From a virus (Duplodnaviria > Caudoviricetes): a stretch of DNA of 24,881 bases. Under the pieces are notes generated by a model that saw nothing but the letters and a program-made list of their open reading frames with translations, was not told where the DNA came from and did not search any database. Position 1 is the first letter of the stretch, and the number at the start of each line of letters is the position of its first letter. A program made the position numbers and the translations under genes. Positions 15,318-23,468 of this stretch are shown here, piece after piece. The stretch spans positions 1 through 24,881 of IMG/VR virus record IMGVR_UViG_3300046710_000056. One strand, 5' to 3'.

Positions 15318-15572
15318 TTATGGGTGAAGTTGGACAGAGCTGGCCTTCTGTTGGTATTCGATAAATTTACGCAGCATCGTGATCTCGCCTTGAATCCGCG
15401 GGACCGCGTCGATCGTCGCCGTTTCAAGCCTTCCGTGCGCCTTCTCCAGATGATGGTTTAGGAGCGCTCGGAGCGCCCGCCCCGTCGCCTCGTCCTTGCT
15501 GTTGGCCAGTACCCGCTGATTTTCCAGCAGATGATGGCGTTGGCTCTCCAGTGTTTCCTGTGCCGTTTGCAT
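15318..15572 (-). CDS. Small helical hypothetical protein overlapping the portal 3' end
   Basis: ATG 15572 with RBS GAAGGAG (15579-15585); 84 aa containing 'RIQGEITMLRKF', typical of the small gene that follows podophage portals. Confidence 0.7.
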   Translation of the reverse strand: MQTAQETLESQRHHLLENQRVLANSKDEATGRALRALLNHHLEKAHGRLETATIDAVPRIQGEITMLRKFIEYQQKASSVQLHP

Positions 15573-17640
15573 CGATTGCTCCTTCAAGTTGGCCCAACAT
15601 CTGATTGGCAATCTCGATCTGTGCCTTGGCAACAGTCGCGTCCGCCGCCGCTGCATTCTTATCTGATTGGGTCAATGCCTTGACCCCTTCGGCGAGCAGC
15701 TTCCGTACTTCAGCGCGCATGATCTCATCGATTTGCGCCTGCTTGTCACTTGCCTGCTTGCTTGCTACCTCGTCACGACGCTTCGCTTCTTCCTTGTCGC
15801 ACAAGATTCCACCTTCCACGTCCACATCCCTGGCCGCGAGACGCTCGCGCAGCAGCTGCCAGCGGTTGAGGTACCGGGCATCCTCGGGCGTGAGCGACTG
15901 CGCGAGGTTGTCGAGGATCATTCCCCGGACTTCCTTGGCAATCAGGCTGGTGGCCCCGCGCGGAATGACCTGATGGTCGCCGATGATCGTCTTTTTCGTG
16001 TTGAACTGGGTGTTGAACGCGACGATCGAGCTGATGACCGATTGGGTGAACCCATCATAGTTCCGCACCACGTCCTTGAACGGCAGTGCCGCATCCCCCC
16101 GGAGCAACGAGGCCCCGGTGGCGGTGCGGAAGGGCTCCGATGGGCCTTTCTGCATGTCGCCGCCCGTGGCCGGACCGACGAACGTTTCCGTATCAGCAAA
16201 CGCCTGGAACAGATCGATCACCTTCATGAGCTCGGTCATGTGGCTGTCGATGGTGATGTTGCGCACCGCCTGGGCCGATGCGTCCACGCCCATGTCCTCG
16301 CGATACCACACCTTGTAGGCGTGGACTGAGACAAGGTCTTGGTCCTGCCGCAGCAACGCCGTGTTGATCTCCAGCTGGGGTCCGCAGGTGATGCTCGCGT
16401 TGTCGAGCAGCATCCGCGCGCTGGACGACACTGCCATCTGGCTGTCGCGCATGATGTTCGGCAGGCCGTTGCCGGTGAGCGTCGACTCGTCCTCCTCGAA
16501 GATGAAATGATGGTACGTGTTCACCTTGAAGTTCACATCGAGCTGGACCCACGGACTTATGTCGCACTTGATGACCTCGCCGTCGAGGGTCCAGACGATC
16601 GCTTCGGTCTGCTCGTGCAGCTGACCCTCGTCGATCTCAAACCCGGCCGCAGCCATTTCGTGCCCCGAGATGTACCCGTCCCAGACGATAATCTCGTACT
16701 TGCGCCCGTCTTGGTCATTGACCGCTACCTGCGCGCCCATGGCCTTGATCTCGGCCTCGTACGTGCGGCGTTTATAGTTCCCCTTCGGATGGTCGCGAAG
16801 GTACCCTGTGATGGTGTCCGAGAAGAAATCGGGCCGATCGGCCAGCTCGCGGATCTGGTGGCGCGACATGACGATGCGTTGGAACTGCCCGTCCATCTGG
16901 TGCAGATACTTTGCGCTCATGTCAGGGTAATAATCCCAGATCGAGGTGAACTCGAACTGCGGCCGGTACGCCTCGACCACCTGGGGGACCAGCAGCCCCT
17001 GCGCATCGCGCGCCCACGTGCGCTGCTTCTGAATACGTGCGAACGGGCCTTTGAGCACCCCCATGCCGTAGATGATCCCGCTCATGAGCACCTTCCGGCA
17101 CAAGGCCACATAGTCAACCTGACGATCGCCGCCGAGCTCTTGAAGCTGGTCCTCGATCTCAAGTTCCATGTTCGTGCTGCGGGCCTTTGCGAATTCGACG
17201 ATGGCCATCTCGATCATCTTGTCCTCGATCGGCATTTCCGGGTCTGAGTTCGCCCCGATGGCGTTGAGCACCATCTGCATGTCCTCGACCGACAGATTCG
17301 GCACCTTCGAGCAGTCGATGCTCCAGTTCTTTTCCGACGTGGGAAACAGCAGGTTCATGAGCCGCGAGAGCATCGAGACACACTTCACCCGCGTCAGTTT
17401 CGGGTAAGCTGAACTACGCGACTTTTCCAGCGCGCGCTCAATGTCCGGGTCGTACTGCCCCAGAAACTGTCGGGCGTTTTTCGCCCACCGCAGCTCCGCA
17501 ATCCGGCGATCCCGCTCGTACTCAAGAAACATCTGCTGCATCCGCATGCCCAGCTGCTTCAGCTTGTCCTTATCCGGGGTGCGAACGCTTGCCTGGATGG
17601 CTGAATCGGCCGGGGTATTGGTTACTTGGATGGGAGCCAT
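15424..17640 (-). CDS. Portal protein
   Basis: 738 aa with 'AYPKLTRVKC', 'GIIYGMGVLKGP', 'WDYYPD', 'GNGLP..MRDSQ', 'RMLLDNA' and 'TATGASLL' motifs of podophage portals. Located between terminase and scaffold. Confidence 0.88.
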   Translation of the reverse strand: MAPIQVTNTPADSAIQASVRTPDKDKLKQLGMRMQQMFLEYERDRRIAELRWAKNARQFLGQYDPDIERALEKSRSSAYPKLTRVKCVSMLSRLMNLLFPTSEKNWSIDCSKVPNLSVEDMQMVLNAIGANSDPEMPIEDKMIEMAIVEFAKARSTNMELEIEDQLQELGGDRQVDYVALCRKVLMSGIIYGMGVLKGPFARIQKQRTWARDAQGLLVPQVVEAYRPQFEFTSIWDYYPDMSAKYLHQMDGQFQRIVMSRHQIRELADRPDFFSDTITGYLRDHPKGNYKRRTYEAEIKAMGAQVAVNDQDGRKYEIIVWDGYISGHEMAAAGFEIDEGQLHEQTEAIVWTLDGEVIKCDISPWVQLDVNFKVNTYHHFIFEEDESTLTGNGLPNIMRDSQMAVSSSARMLLDNASITCGPQLEINTALLRQDQDLVSVHAYKVWYREDMGVDASAQAVRNITIDSHMTELMKVIDLFQAFADTETFVGPATGGDMQKGPSEPFRTATGASLLRGDAALPFKDVVRNYDGFTQSVISSIVAFNTQFNTKKTIIGDHQVIPRGATSLIAKEVRGMILDNLAQSLTPEDARYLNRWQLLRERLAARDVDVEGGILCDKEEAKRRDEVASKQASDKQAQIDEIMRAEVRKLLAEGVKALTQSDKNAAAADATVAKAQIEIANQMLGQLEGAIDANGTGNTGEPTPSSAGKSAGTGQQQGRGDGAGAPSAPKPSSGEGARKA

Positions 17641-17649
17641 GGTCTGTCC

Positions 17650-19740
17650 TTATGCTGCGGTTATGGAGCCACTGGGGGCCAGCGGCAAGCCAATATTGTC
17701 CACCACCATGAGCGTGCGGTCCAGCGTCGATACCTGCGGATTATGGACCACCGCCACCGTGCCGCTGAGCGCGGCCCCGCTGACTGTGACCCGAATGCTC
17801 GTGGCCGACTGCCGAACTGCGCTTGTCACCGTCCGCGCGCCGCTGCCATCCGTCACCTCGAACCCGGTGATCCCGCTGGCCGGCGAGATGTCCGTGCCGC
17901 TGCCCGTGGTCGCCCATCCGATCGTCACGTCAACACTATTCGCGCCAGACAGCGCGGCCGACACGACCTTCGGGCCGGTGTATTTGACCGAAGCGTCGAA
18001 CTGCGCGATGAACCCGCGCGCCAGCCGCACCGCCGCCACGTCGAACCCGAGCGGATCTGCCGGCCCTGCCCCGAGGTGGACGCCATCCTGCCGGGTGCAG
18101 TCGTGGTCGTCCGCCCCGAGATGGACCGTGGAGTCGTTGGCTGCAAACTGCTCCTGGGACATGCGTAGCGTGCGCATGAGCGCGTCGTAGCCCTGCTGCC
18201 TGCCCAGAGGCTGGATGACCACAGGGATCGCGGCGTTGCCCAGCGTAGCCCGCATCTCGGCCCACACGAGCGGCGTGCAGCGGACCCAGTTCGCAATGGT
18301 GATCGACCCGGCTTCGCCTGAACTGAATGTGATCGCCTCGGCCTGCCCTTGGTCCCACAATATCGCCGTCTTATTGTACTTCGCGCCCACGAATGCCGCG
18401 AGCTGCGTCTTCCAATTCACGAGCACCGGACCGGGCACGTCGAGGTCTTGGTCCCACCAAAATTTCTTGGTGAGCGTCGAGCCATCCCATGTCAGCCAGG
18501 AGGTTCCGCCTGGACCGTCTGGAGCCCCCGCAGTGGCCCCCTTCAGCATCGAAGACCCACCATACGCTGTCGCGCCGAAGGCCGCCAGGAGCTCCCGATC
18601 GGGGTGCGTAGCCGTGTCGAGGATCGTGTTGACCGTCGGAACGAACACACGTGTGGCTGCACTGTCGGCGAGCAGGCCCGTCGACGCCGATGCCACGGTG
18701 GCCATGTACTGCATGAGCGACTGGCCCGCGCCGATTCCGTAGTACCGCGTCGGGTAGTTCGCCGCACCGAGTGCGCCCCAGTAGTCGCGCTGCCCCAAGC
18801 TGATCGCCCATGCCTCGTTGTCCGCCATGGGGGTCGCGTTCTGGTACATCACGACCTCGAAGATCATCCCGTTGTGGGACTGCGTCACTGAGCCATTGTT
18901 GCCCAGCACCAGCCGTTGCGCCTGCGCGTCCGCGATCCCATGCGCGCGCCCGGTGAACAGCTTTCGCACGTCCGCGCCGCCGGCTACGACCGCGCCCTGC
19001 TGGTTGAACCAGATGTTCCGAACCCGCGCTGCGGTGGGAAGCCCGTCCTCGACAAGCAGCTCGCCTACCTTCGAGTACATGACGGTTTCGCCAGCCGCCT
19101 TGTATGCGCCATAGACCATCCCGTTGGCCGCCGTGCCGTACCCGAGAAGCGGGCCATCCGCGGACGAATACACCGCCGGGGCGCGCGCGTGGGTGCCCGC
19201 ACTCGACCAGCCTTGTGTCTGCGCGATGAGATGCACCGCGAGGTTGTTGGTGCCGCCGACGTTGGCGAACGCCAGCGCCGTGGTCATGTTGAGCGTTTTC
19301 GACGTGAAGTCGAGGCCGGGGAGCGAAAACCCGCCAACGGTGACGATCTGCCCAAGCTTGAAGATCGGGCGCGCCGTCGACCCGAAGTCGCGTGCATTCC
19401 CCGACTGGTCATACCACGTGGCCATCGTGAATGTGACACCATCCCCATACGTGGCTGCAAGGCTGGTGTCGATATATCCTTGCGCGTTGAACCCGAACGT
19501 ACGCAGCACGTTGCCTGAGTCACGGACTTGGCAGCAGTTGCCGGCGTACGCGGGATTGACCTTGCGGAACGAGTAGATCGCCGCCGGGGCCTGGGTCGCT
19601 GACATGACGGCGACGGGCGTAGGCGCGGCTTCGGCCCCGCTGCTGAAAATCTGCGTGGCCCCGAGGAAGATGGACGCTACCGCCAGCGCACCCACCGAGA
19701 GCGATGAGATCGGCTGGCTGCCCAGATACAGGGGCGGCAT
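17650..19740 (-). CDS. Virion appendage protein with ConA/arabinofuranosidase-B-like lectin domain and SGNH (sialate O-acetylesterase-like) domain
   Basis: Start reassigned to ATG 19740 (RBS AGGAG; 696 aa). N-terminal domain 'AIYSFRKVNPAYAG...WYDQSGNARD'; SGNH blocks GAGQSL, GGSS, WDQGQAE, DGVH; beta-rich C-terminal domain. Confidence 0.75.
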   Translation of the reverse strand: MPPLYLGSQPISSLSVGALAVASIFLGATQIFSSGAEAAPTPVAVMSATQAPAAIYSFRKVNPAYAGNCCQVRDSGNVLRTFGFNAQGYIDTSLAATYGDGVTFTMATWYDQSGNARDFGSTARPIFKLGQIVTVGGFSLPGLDFTSKTLNMTTALAFANVGGTNNLAVHLIAQTQGWSSAGTHARAPAVYSSADGPLLGYGTAANGMVYGAYKAAGETVMYSKVGELLVEDGLPTAARVRNIWFNQQGAVVAGGADVRKLFTGRAHGIADAQAQRLVLGNNGSVTQSHNGMIFEVVMYQNATPMADNEAWAISLGQRDYWGALGAANYPTRYYGIGAGQSLMQYMATVASASTGLLADSAATRVFVPTVNTILDTATHPDRELLAAFGATAYGGSSMLKGATAGAPDGPGGTSWLTWDGSTLTKKFWWDQDLDVPGPVLVNWKTQLAAFVGAKYNKTAILWDQGQAEAITFSSGEAGSITIANWVRCTPLVWAEMRATLGNAAIPVVIQPLGRQQGYDALMRTLRMSQEQFAANDSTVHLGADDHDCTRQDGVHLGAGPADPLGFDVAAVRLARGFIAQFDASVKYTGPKVVSAALSGANSVDVTIGWATTGSGTDISPASGITGFEVTDGSGARTVTSAVRQSATSIRVTVSGAALSGTVAVVHNPQVSTLDRTLMVVDNIGLPLAPSGSITAA

Positions 19741-19742
19741 GC

Positions 19743-19955
19743 TTACGCTCCTACCATGTACAAGAGTCCAGCCTTCGGCGTAATTGCCGCAAACTGCGAT
19801 GCCGTCCAAAGGATGGAGCCGGTGGGGCTCAAGACACACGCGAGCATGTTCAGCGGAAGAGCCTGCTGCCCAGCGACTTGGACGCCGACGACTCGGCCGT
19901 TTTCATCAAGCACCCATTGGTCATGGGTATCGACCTTGCGAAGAGTTTTAGCCAT
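19743..19955 (-). CDS. Small fibre adaptor-like protein
   Basis: 70 aa from ATG 19955 (AAGGA upstream). The C-terminal 'TASQFAAITPKAGLLYMV' resembles the C-terminal motif of phage fibre-joining proteins. Confidence 0.6.
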   Translation of the reverse strand: MAKTLRKVDTHDQWVLDENGRVVGVQVAGQQALPLNMLACVLSPTGSILWTASQFAAITPKAGLLYMVGA

Positions 19956-20011
19956 GGCCATTTCCTTACCTGTGTTGTTGAGGGGTAGTCATAGTCATTA
20001 TATGCACTATC

Positions 20012-21430
20012 CTACCGCGCGTGGTAGTTGGGAGCTGATGGCCCGATCAGGGTCTTGCGCTTGTTGTGCCTGGAGTAATCCGGGTCGTCGTTCGCGCACC
20101 ACTTGCTCAGGTACCCGAAGGCGTCGGCCGGATGGCTCCACTGGTTCTTTTCGGGATCTGCGCTCTGGTCGTCTTCCTTCTTGAGCTTGTACCGCCACCC
20201 GGTCTGGAGCGCGCGGATGAGCCCCTTGCAGCCAGGGTCGATCAGCAGGGCCGGTCCCTCGGGCGTCAGCCTGGAGCTGAAATACTCGATCGCCTGGATG
20301 CGGCTGCCCAGCGAGTTGTTCATGTCGGCGAACTTGAACGGGATCTTGTTCTTCCGCAGCATGTCGACGACGGCCTTCTCATCCGCGTTGCTCCTCCCCA
20401 CCGCCGCGGGGTCTGGGCTGACGAGGAAGTCCTTCAGGTTCGGGTACTTCAGGCGCAGGTGCGGGCGCAGCCGCTCGGAGCAAAGCCGATCTGCGCCGTA
20501 CCCCTTCTGAATGAGCTCCGACAGCACCAGCAGCCGCCCATTGTTGTCCATCTGGCCGAAAATGAACGCCGACCCTGCGAGTCCTGGGTCCAGGCCGGCG
20601 ACCAGCGGCAGGTAGGGGTTGTACCGGAGCGGCTTCTTGCTCACGTGTATGCCGTGGTTGAACGTCTTGAGGACCGGCGTGCCGCTGAGCGAGAACCCCC
20701 AGCAGACCTCGATATACTGCTTGATCCAGTGGTCGCTCTTGCCGTCGGTCAGCGAGGTGTAGTATCGGTCCTTACCCGGCAGATTCCCGACGTTCTCGGC
20801 GTCGAGGGAGAACCCGCTCGGCTGCTTGTAATATTCCCAGTTCTCGGGGACCGTTTCCTCCAGCTTCTCATACCACCAGCTGTCTTCATTGCCGGGGTTG
20901 CTCGACCCCCACATGCCCCAGTTCGTCGCCCCGCCGTCGATCGCAGGCGGATACCGCCCGCATCGAGCCGAGAGGGCCTCGACGATGGCTTTATCGATCT
21001 GAACGAACTCGTCGAGGATGGCGAACGTCACTTCCAGCGAGAGCACCCGCGCCACGTCGTCGGGAGTGTCTAGTGGACGGAACAATACCTCGCATTCCAC
21101 GTCGTTGAACTTGAGGGTGAAGGCGGTATCACGGGCCACCCACGACCCAGCTTGTGGCTCTTTAAACCAGTAATTCCAGCTGGTGATGGTGGTATCGCGT
21201 AGCTGCGGCATAGTGTTCCGAACAATAACAGCCCGGCTCCGACGAATGCCGTCACGAGGAGAAGGCTGTTGTAGGCTGGCCATGTACGCGAGCTTGAAGA
21301 AGATGCCCGTCGTCTTGCCCGATCCAACCGGGCCAATGACCCAGTTGAAAAATAGTTCTCCTGGCGCGTAGTCACGGATGAAATCCCTTATGGTTGGCGG
21401 CGGAACATACCCGACTTGTGGACTGGCCAT
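20012..21430 (-). CDS. terL: Terminase large subunit
   Basis: 472 aa with Walker A GPVGSGKT, Walker B AILDE, coupling motif SSNP, and RNase H-like nuclease motifs GLDPG, PDPA and HPADA. Confidence 0.95.
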   Translation of the reverse strand: MASPQVGYVPPPTIRDFIRDYAPGELFFNWVIGPVGSGKTTGIFFKLAYMASLQQPSPRDGIRRSRAVIVRNTMPQLRDTTITSWNYWFKEPQAGSWVARDTAFTLKFNDVECEVLFRPLDTPDDVARVLSLEVTFAILDEFVQIDKAIVEALSARCGRYPPAIDGGATNWGMWGSSNPGNEDSWWYEKLEETVPENWEYYKQPSGFSLDAENVGNLPGKDRYYTSLTDGKSDHWIKQYIEVCWGFSLSGTPVLKTFNHGIHVSKKPLRYNPYLPLVAGLDPGLAGSAFIFGQMDNNGRLLVLSELIQKGYGADRLCSERLRPHLRLKYPNLKDFLVSPDPAAVGRSNADEKAVVDMLRKNKIPFKFADMNNSLGSRIQAIEYFSSRLTPEGPALLIDPGCKGLIRALQTGWRYKLKKEDDQSADPEKNQWSHPADAFGYLSKWCANDDPDYSRHNKRKTLIGPSAPNYHAR

Positions 21431-21433
21431 GGT

Positions 21434-21904
21434 CTATTCCTGCGCGTCGTGTTCAATGGTTCGGCCGAGCCGCGAGCGAACGACCGCTTCGCCGCCCCCT
21501 CGCAGATCGATGTTCAAAACGAACGATGGTGCGGTGTCCATCTGGTGTTGCCCCTTCTGCCCGACTCCCGCCATGGCGTTGGCGATCTTGATCGCCTCCA
21601 TGCGGGTGGCCGCCAGCATCTGGTGATCGCTCATGATGCCATGGAGCACCTTGATTCCCGCCTCGGACACCATCATGGCCTTGATGCGCAGCATGCCGCC
21701 GGGCTCAAGAAGCTCCTCCTGCGCACGCTCGTATTGCTTGATGAAACGCGGGTTGACGGTGAGTGCCTCGAACGCCTCGCGGGATAGGCCATACGCTTCA
21801 CAGATTTCCCGTGGCGTGGCCTCGTTCATCGCGATTTCATAGACCAGCATCGGCGGGAAGCCGAGGTCTGCTGGGTTGTCGGGGCGGATCGGTGAGAGGT
21901 ACAT
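21434..21904 (-). CDS. terS: Terminase small subunit (putative)
   Basis: 156 aa from ATG 21904 (GAGG upstream), with an HTH-like N-terminus (PREICEAYGLSREAF) and 'SFVLNIDL' near the C-terminus. Directly upstream of terL. Confidence 0.75.
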   Translation of the reverse strand: MYLSPIRPDNPADLGFPPMLVYEIAMNEATPREICEAYGLSREAFEALTVNPRFIKQYERAQEELLEPGGMLRIKAMMVSEAGIKVLHGIMSDHQMLAATRMEAIKIANAMAGVGQKGQHQMDTAPSFVLNIDLRGGGEAVVRSRLGRTIEHDAQE

Positions 21905-21920
21905 GGCTGGGTCGACCTCG

Positions 21921-22133
21921 TTAATCGTGCGTATTTCTGGCCCGCAGCTTGTCAAGATACCGATCTCGGGCCTCTTTCACAAGGACCGGGTTGTTCACCC
22001 GAAAAATTTTTTGCTTCGCCGCTGCATGCGCGCGAGTGTAGTACGCAAGGCCATCCGGGGTCTGCCGATTTTTTCCGAACTCCGCTTTGGGAAAAGGCTT
22101 GCCGCAGCAGGAGCAGATTTTTGAGTTGGCCAT
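21921..22133 (-). CDS. Small basic protein with Cys motif (resembles the Zn-binding N-terminal module of phage HNH/EndoVII proteins)
   Basis: 70 aa, 'KICSCCGKPFPKAEFGKNRQTPDGL', RBS GAGG. First gene after the leftward promoter. Confidence 0.65.
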   Translation of the reverse strand: MANSKICSCCGKPFPKAEFGKNRQTPDGLAYYTRAHAAAKQKIFRVNNPVLVKEARDRYLDKLRARNTHD

Positions 22134-22174
22134 GGGCGGGTACCTCTAGTTCGGTGGGAGATCCAATAAATGTG

Positions 22175-22203
22175 AGTATACACTTCGGCTAAAAGGGAGT
22201 CAA
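22175..22203 (-). promoter_or_regulatory. Sigma70-type promoter for the leftward packaging/structural operon
   Basis: TTGACT (22203-22198), 17-bp spacer, TATACT (22180-22175). Confidence 0.75.
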
Positions 22204-22253
22204 GTCATAGAAGGCATATAAGGGGTAAAAAACTCGGTGCGTGACGGATGAAC

Positions 22254-22266
22254 AGGGGACTACTAC
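22254..22266 (-). repeat. GTAGTAGTCC motif, copy 1 (inverted)
   Basis: AGGGGACTACTAC is the exact reverse complement of GTAGTAGTCCCCT at 22731-22743. Confidence 0.7.
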
Positions 22267-22336
22267 TGCGCCCGCCGTGCCACTGAATCCCCCCTCGGGG
22301 GGTCTGCCAGGGAAAAAGAATTACTTACCCTATCCC

Positions 22337-22364
22337 TTGCCTTCACACTGACTTTGCGTACGAT
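22337..22364 (+). promoter_or_regulatory. Putative rightward sigma70-type promoter
   Basis: TTGCCT (22337-22342), 16-bp spacer, TACGAT (22359-22364), upstream of the RBS and ATG at 22411. Confidence 0.55.
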
Positions 22365-22410
22365 GTGTGTTGTCGGAAGCCACGACGCCACTCAATCAAA
22401 GGAGATACAC

Positions 22411-22512
22411 ATGAACCCTCTTACACAACGCTGCTTGCCTGAAGGCAACGGCCTTATCCGATCGTGTATCATCGCGATCATCATCGCAATTACGCTTGTG
22501 CTCATGCTATAG
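22411..22512 (+). CDS. Small membrane peptide (33 aa), not in the ORF track
   Basis: RBS AAAGGAG, then MNPLTQRCLPEGNGLIRSCIIAIIIAITLVLML*, with a C-terminal hydrophobic helix. Confidence 0.6.
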   Translation: MNPLTQRCLPEGNGLIRSCIIAIIIAITLVLML

Positions 22513-22521
22513 GAGACGACC

Positions 22522-22677
22522 ATGAAGACCATGATTACCGTTCGCCGTGGGCACTGCACCGTTTCCCTGCTTGTGACAGAGCATGGACTGCGTGACGTAA
22601 CCCGAGTGCTAGGCTGGTTCGACTCAGGCTACGTGACATGGTCTATGTGCATCGTCGCACTTCAACAGATCGATTAG
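22522..22677 (+). CDS. Small hypothetical protein (51 aa), not in the ORF track
   Basis: RBS AGGAG overlapping the previous stop; MKTMITVRRGHCTVSLLVTEHGLRDVTRVLGWFDSGYVTWSMCIVALQQID*; followed immediately by a terminator. Confidence 0.6.
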   Translation: MKTMITVRRGHCTVSLLVTEHGLRDVTRVLGWFDSGYVTWSMCIVALQQID

Positions 22678-22682
22678 AGATC

Positions 22683-22705
22683 GGGGCTTCGGCCCCTTTC
22701 TCTTT
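22683..22705 (+). terminator. Rho-independent terminator
   Basis: GGGGC-TTCG-GCCCC followed by TTTCTCTTT. Confidence 0.85.
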
Positions 22706-22724
22706 GATTCTCCTATACATAAGG

Positions 22725-22740
22725 GTGACCGTAGTAGTCC
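22725..22740 (+). repeat. 16-bp direct repeat GTGACCGTAGTAGTCC, copy A
   Basis: Identical to 23612-23627. Confidence 0.85.
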
Positions 22741-22763
22741 CCTTGAGCTTGCCCGCCCGTTTG

Positions 22764-22780
22764 AGGTAACTCAGTTACCT
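22764..22780. promoter_or_regulatory. 17-bp palindrome AGGTAACTCAGTTACCT, copy 1 (operator-like)
   Basis: Perfect 8-1-8 dyad ending 10 bp upstream of TTGCCT at 22791, flanked by CCCGCCCG direct repeats (22752-22759, 22782-22789). Confidence 0.7.
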
Positions 22781-22790
22781 ACCCGCCCGC

Positions 22791-22833
22791 TTGCCTTCAG
22801 GCTGAAACCGCGGAATATATCAATTGTGGAAGC
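22791..22833 (+). promoter_or_regulatory. Putative promoter block, paralogous to 22337-22380
   Basis: Shares the pattern TTGCCTTCA-nn-CTGA-nnnn-GCG-(6-mer)-n5-TTGT(C)GGAAGC with the upstream copy; the -10 here (GAATAT) is weak. Confidence 0.5.
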
Positions 22834-22868
22834 ACTACCGCTCCACCAACATACATAAAGGAATCATC

Positions 22869-23453
22869 ATGAACGCCACTACCAACAATTACGCCGCCGC
22901 CATCGCCATCAATGTTCTCGATGTCGCAACCGCCACCATCGGCACCGACAAGGCGAAAGCCATGTTAGCGCTCAACCTCGCCGCCGCGTTCGCCAGCGTG
23001 CCCGTCGGCAACCTGAAAGCATTCTCGGTGCTCTTCGGCAACGGTGATGCGCCGAAGTCGAAGACCTACCAGCCGGGCTCGATCGCTGTCGCCGTTCGCG
23101 AGAAGATCGCCAAGGTCGCGAAGGATAAGCAAACGACCGCGCTCAACATCCTCAAAACCCGCTTGAGCGAGTGCCGCCGCGCCTTTCGCGGTAGCGTTGT
23201 CCTCGCCAATGATGAGACTGTGCAGGCCGCGATCAAGCGCCTGCCGCATGACAAGAAAGCCGAGACGCCGAACACTGGCGCGCCGGCCGGTGGCGTAAGC
23301 AGCTGGATCATTCCCGCCAGCGCAACCGCTGCGGACGTGGCTGAAGCGCTAAGCATCTGGGTCGCCGAGCATGGCGCGGCTACCGCGTCCGGCCTCGCCC
23401 ACCTGCTGCCCGACTTCATGCCGGTTAGCGTCAAGCGCGCCAAAGCTGCTTGA
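22869..23453 (+). CDS. Hypothetical early protein (194 aa)
   Basis: ATG 22869 with RBS AAAGGA; Ala/Lys-rich; no recognised motif; followed by a terminator. Confidence 0.8.
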   Translation: MNATTNNYAAAIAINVLDVATATIGTDKAKAMLALNLAAAFASVPVGNLKAFSVLFGNGDAPKSKTYQPGSIAVAVREKIAKVAKDKQTTALNILKTRLSECRRAFRGSVVLANDETVQAAIKRLPHDKKAETPNTGAPAGGVSSWIIPASATAADVAEALSIWVAEHGAATASGLAHLLPDFMPVSVKRAKAA

Positions 23454-23468
23454 TCCACCGAAGTACGT

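Noticed and set aside
137-21842. Many long plus-strand ORFs in the track (e.g. 3801-5081, 9542-10975, 12959-14086, 16339-17247, 20066-21073)
   Set aside because: They are antisense shadows of high-GC minus-strand genes, with Arg/His/Leu-rich nonsense composition and no recognisable motifs.
22764-22780. Palindrome as an N4-type virion RNA polymerase hairpin promoter, with the 2463-aa protein as vRNAP
   Set aside because: I found no T7-like RNAP catalytic motifs in the giant protein, one copy of the palindrome is intragenic, and ordinary sigma70 promoters already precede the early genes.
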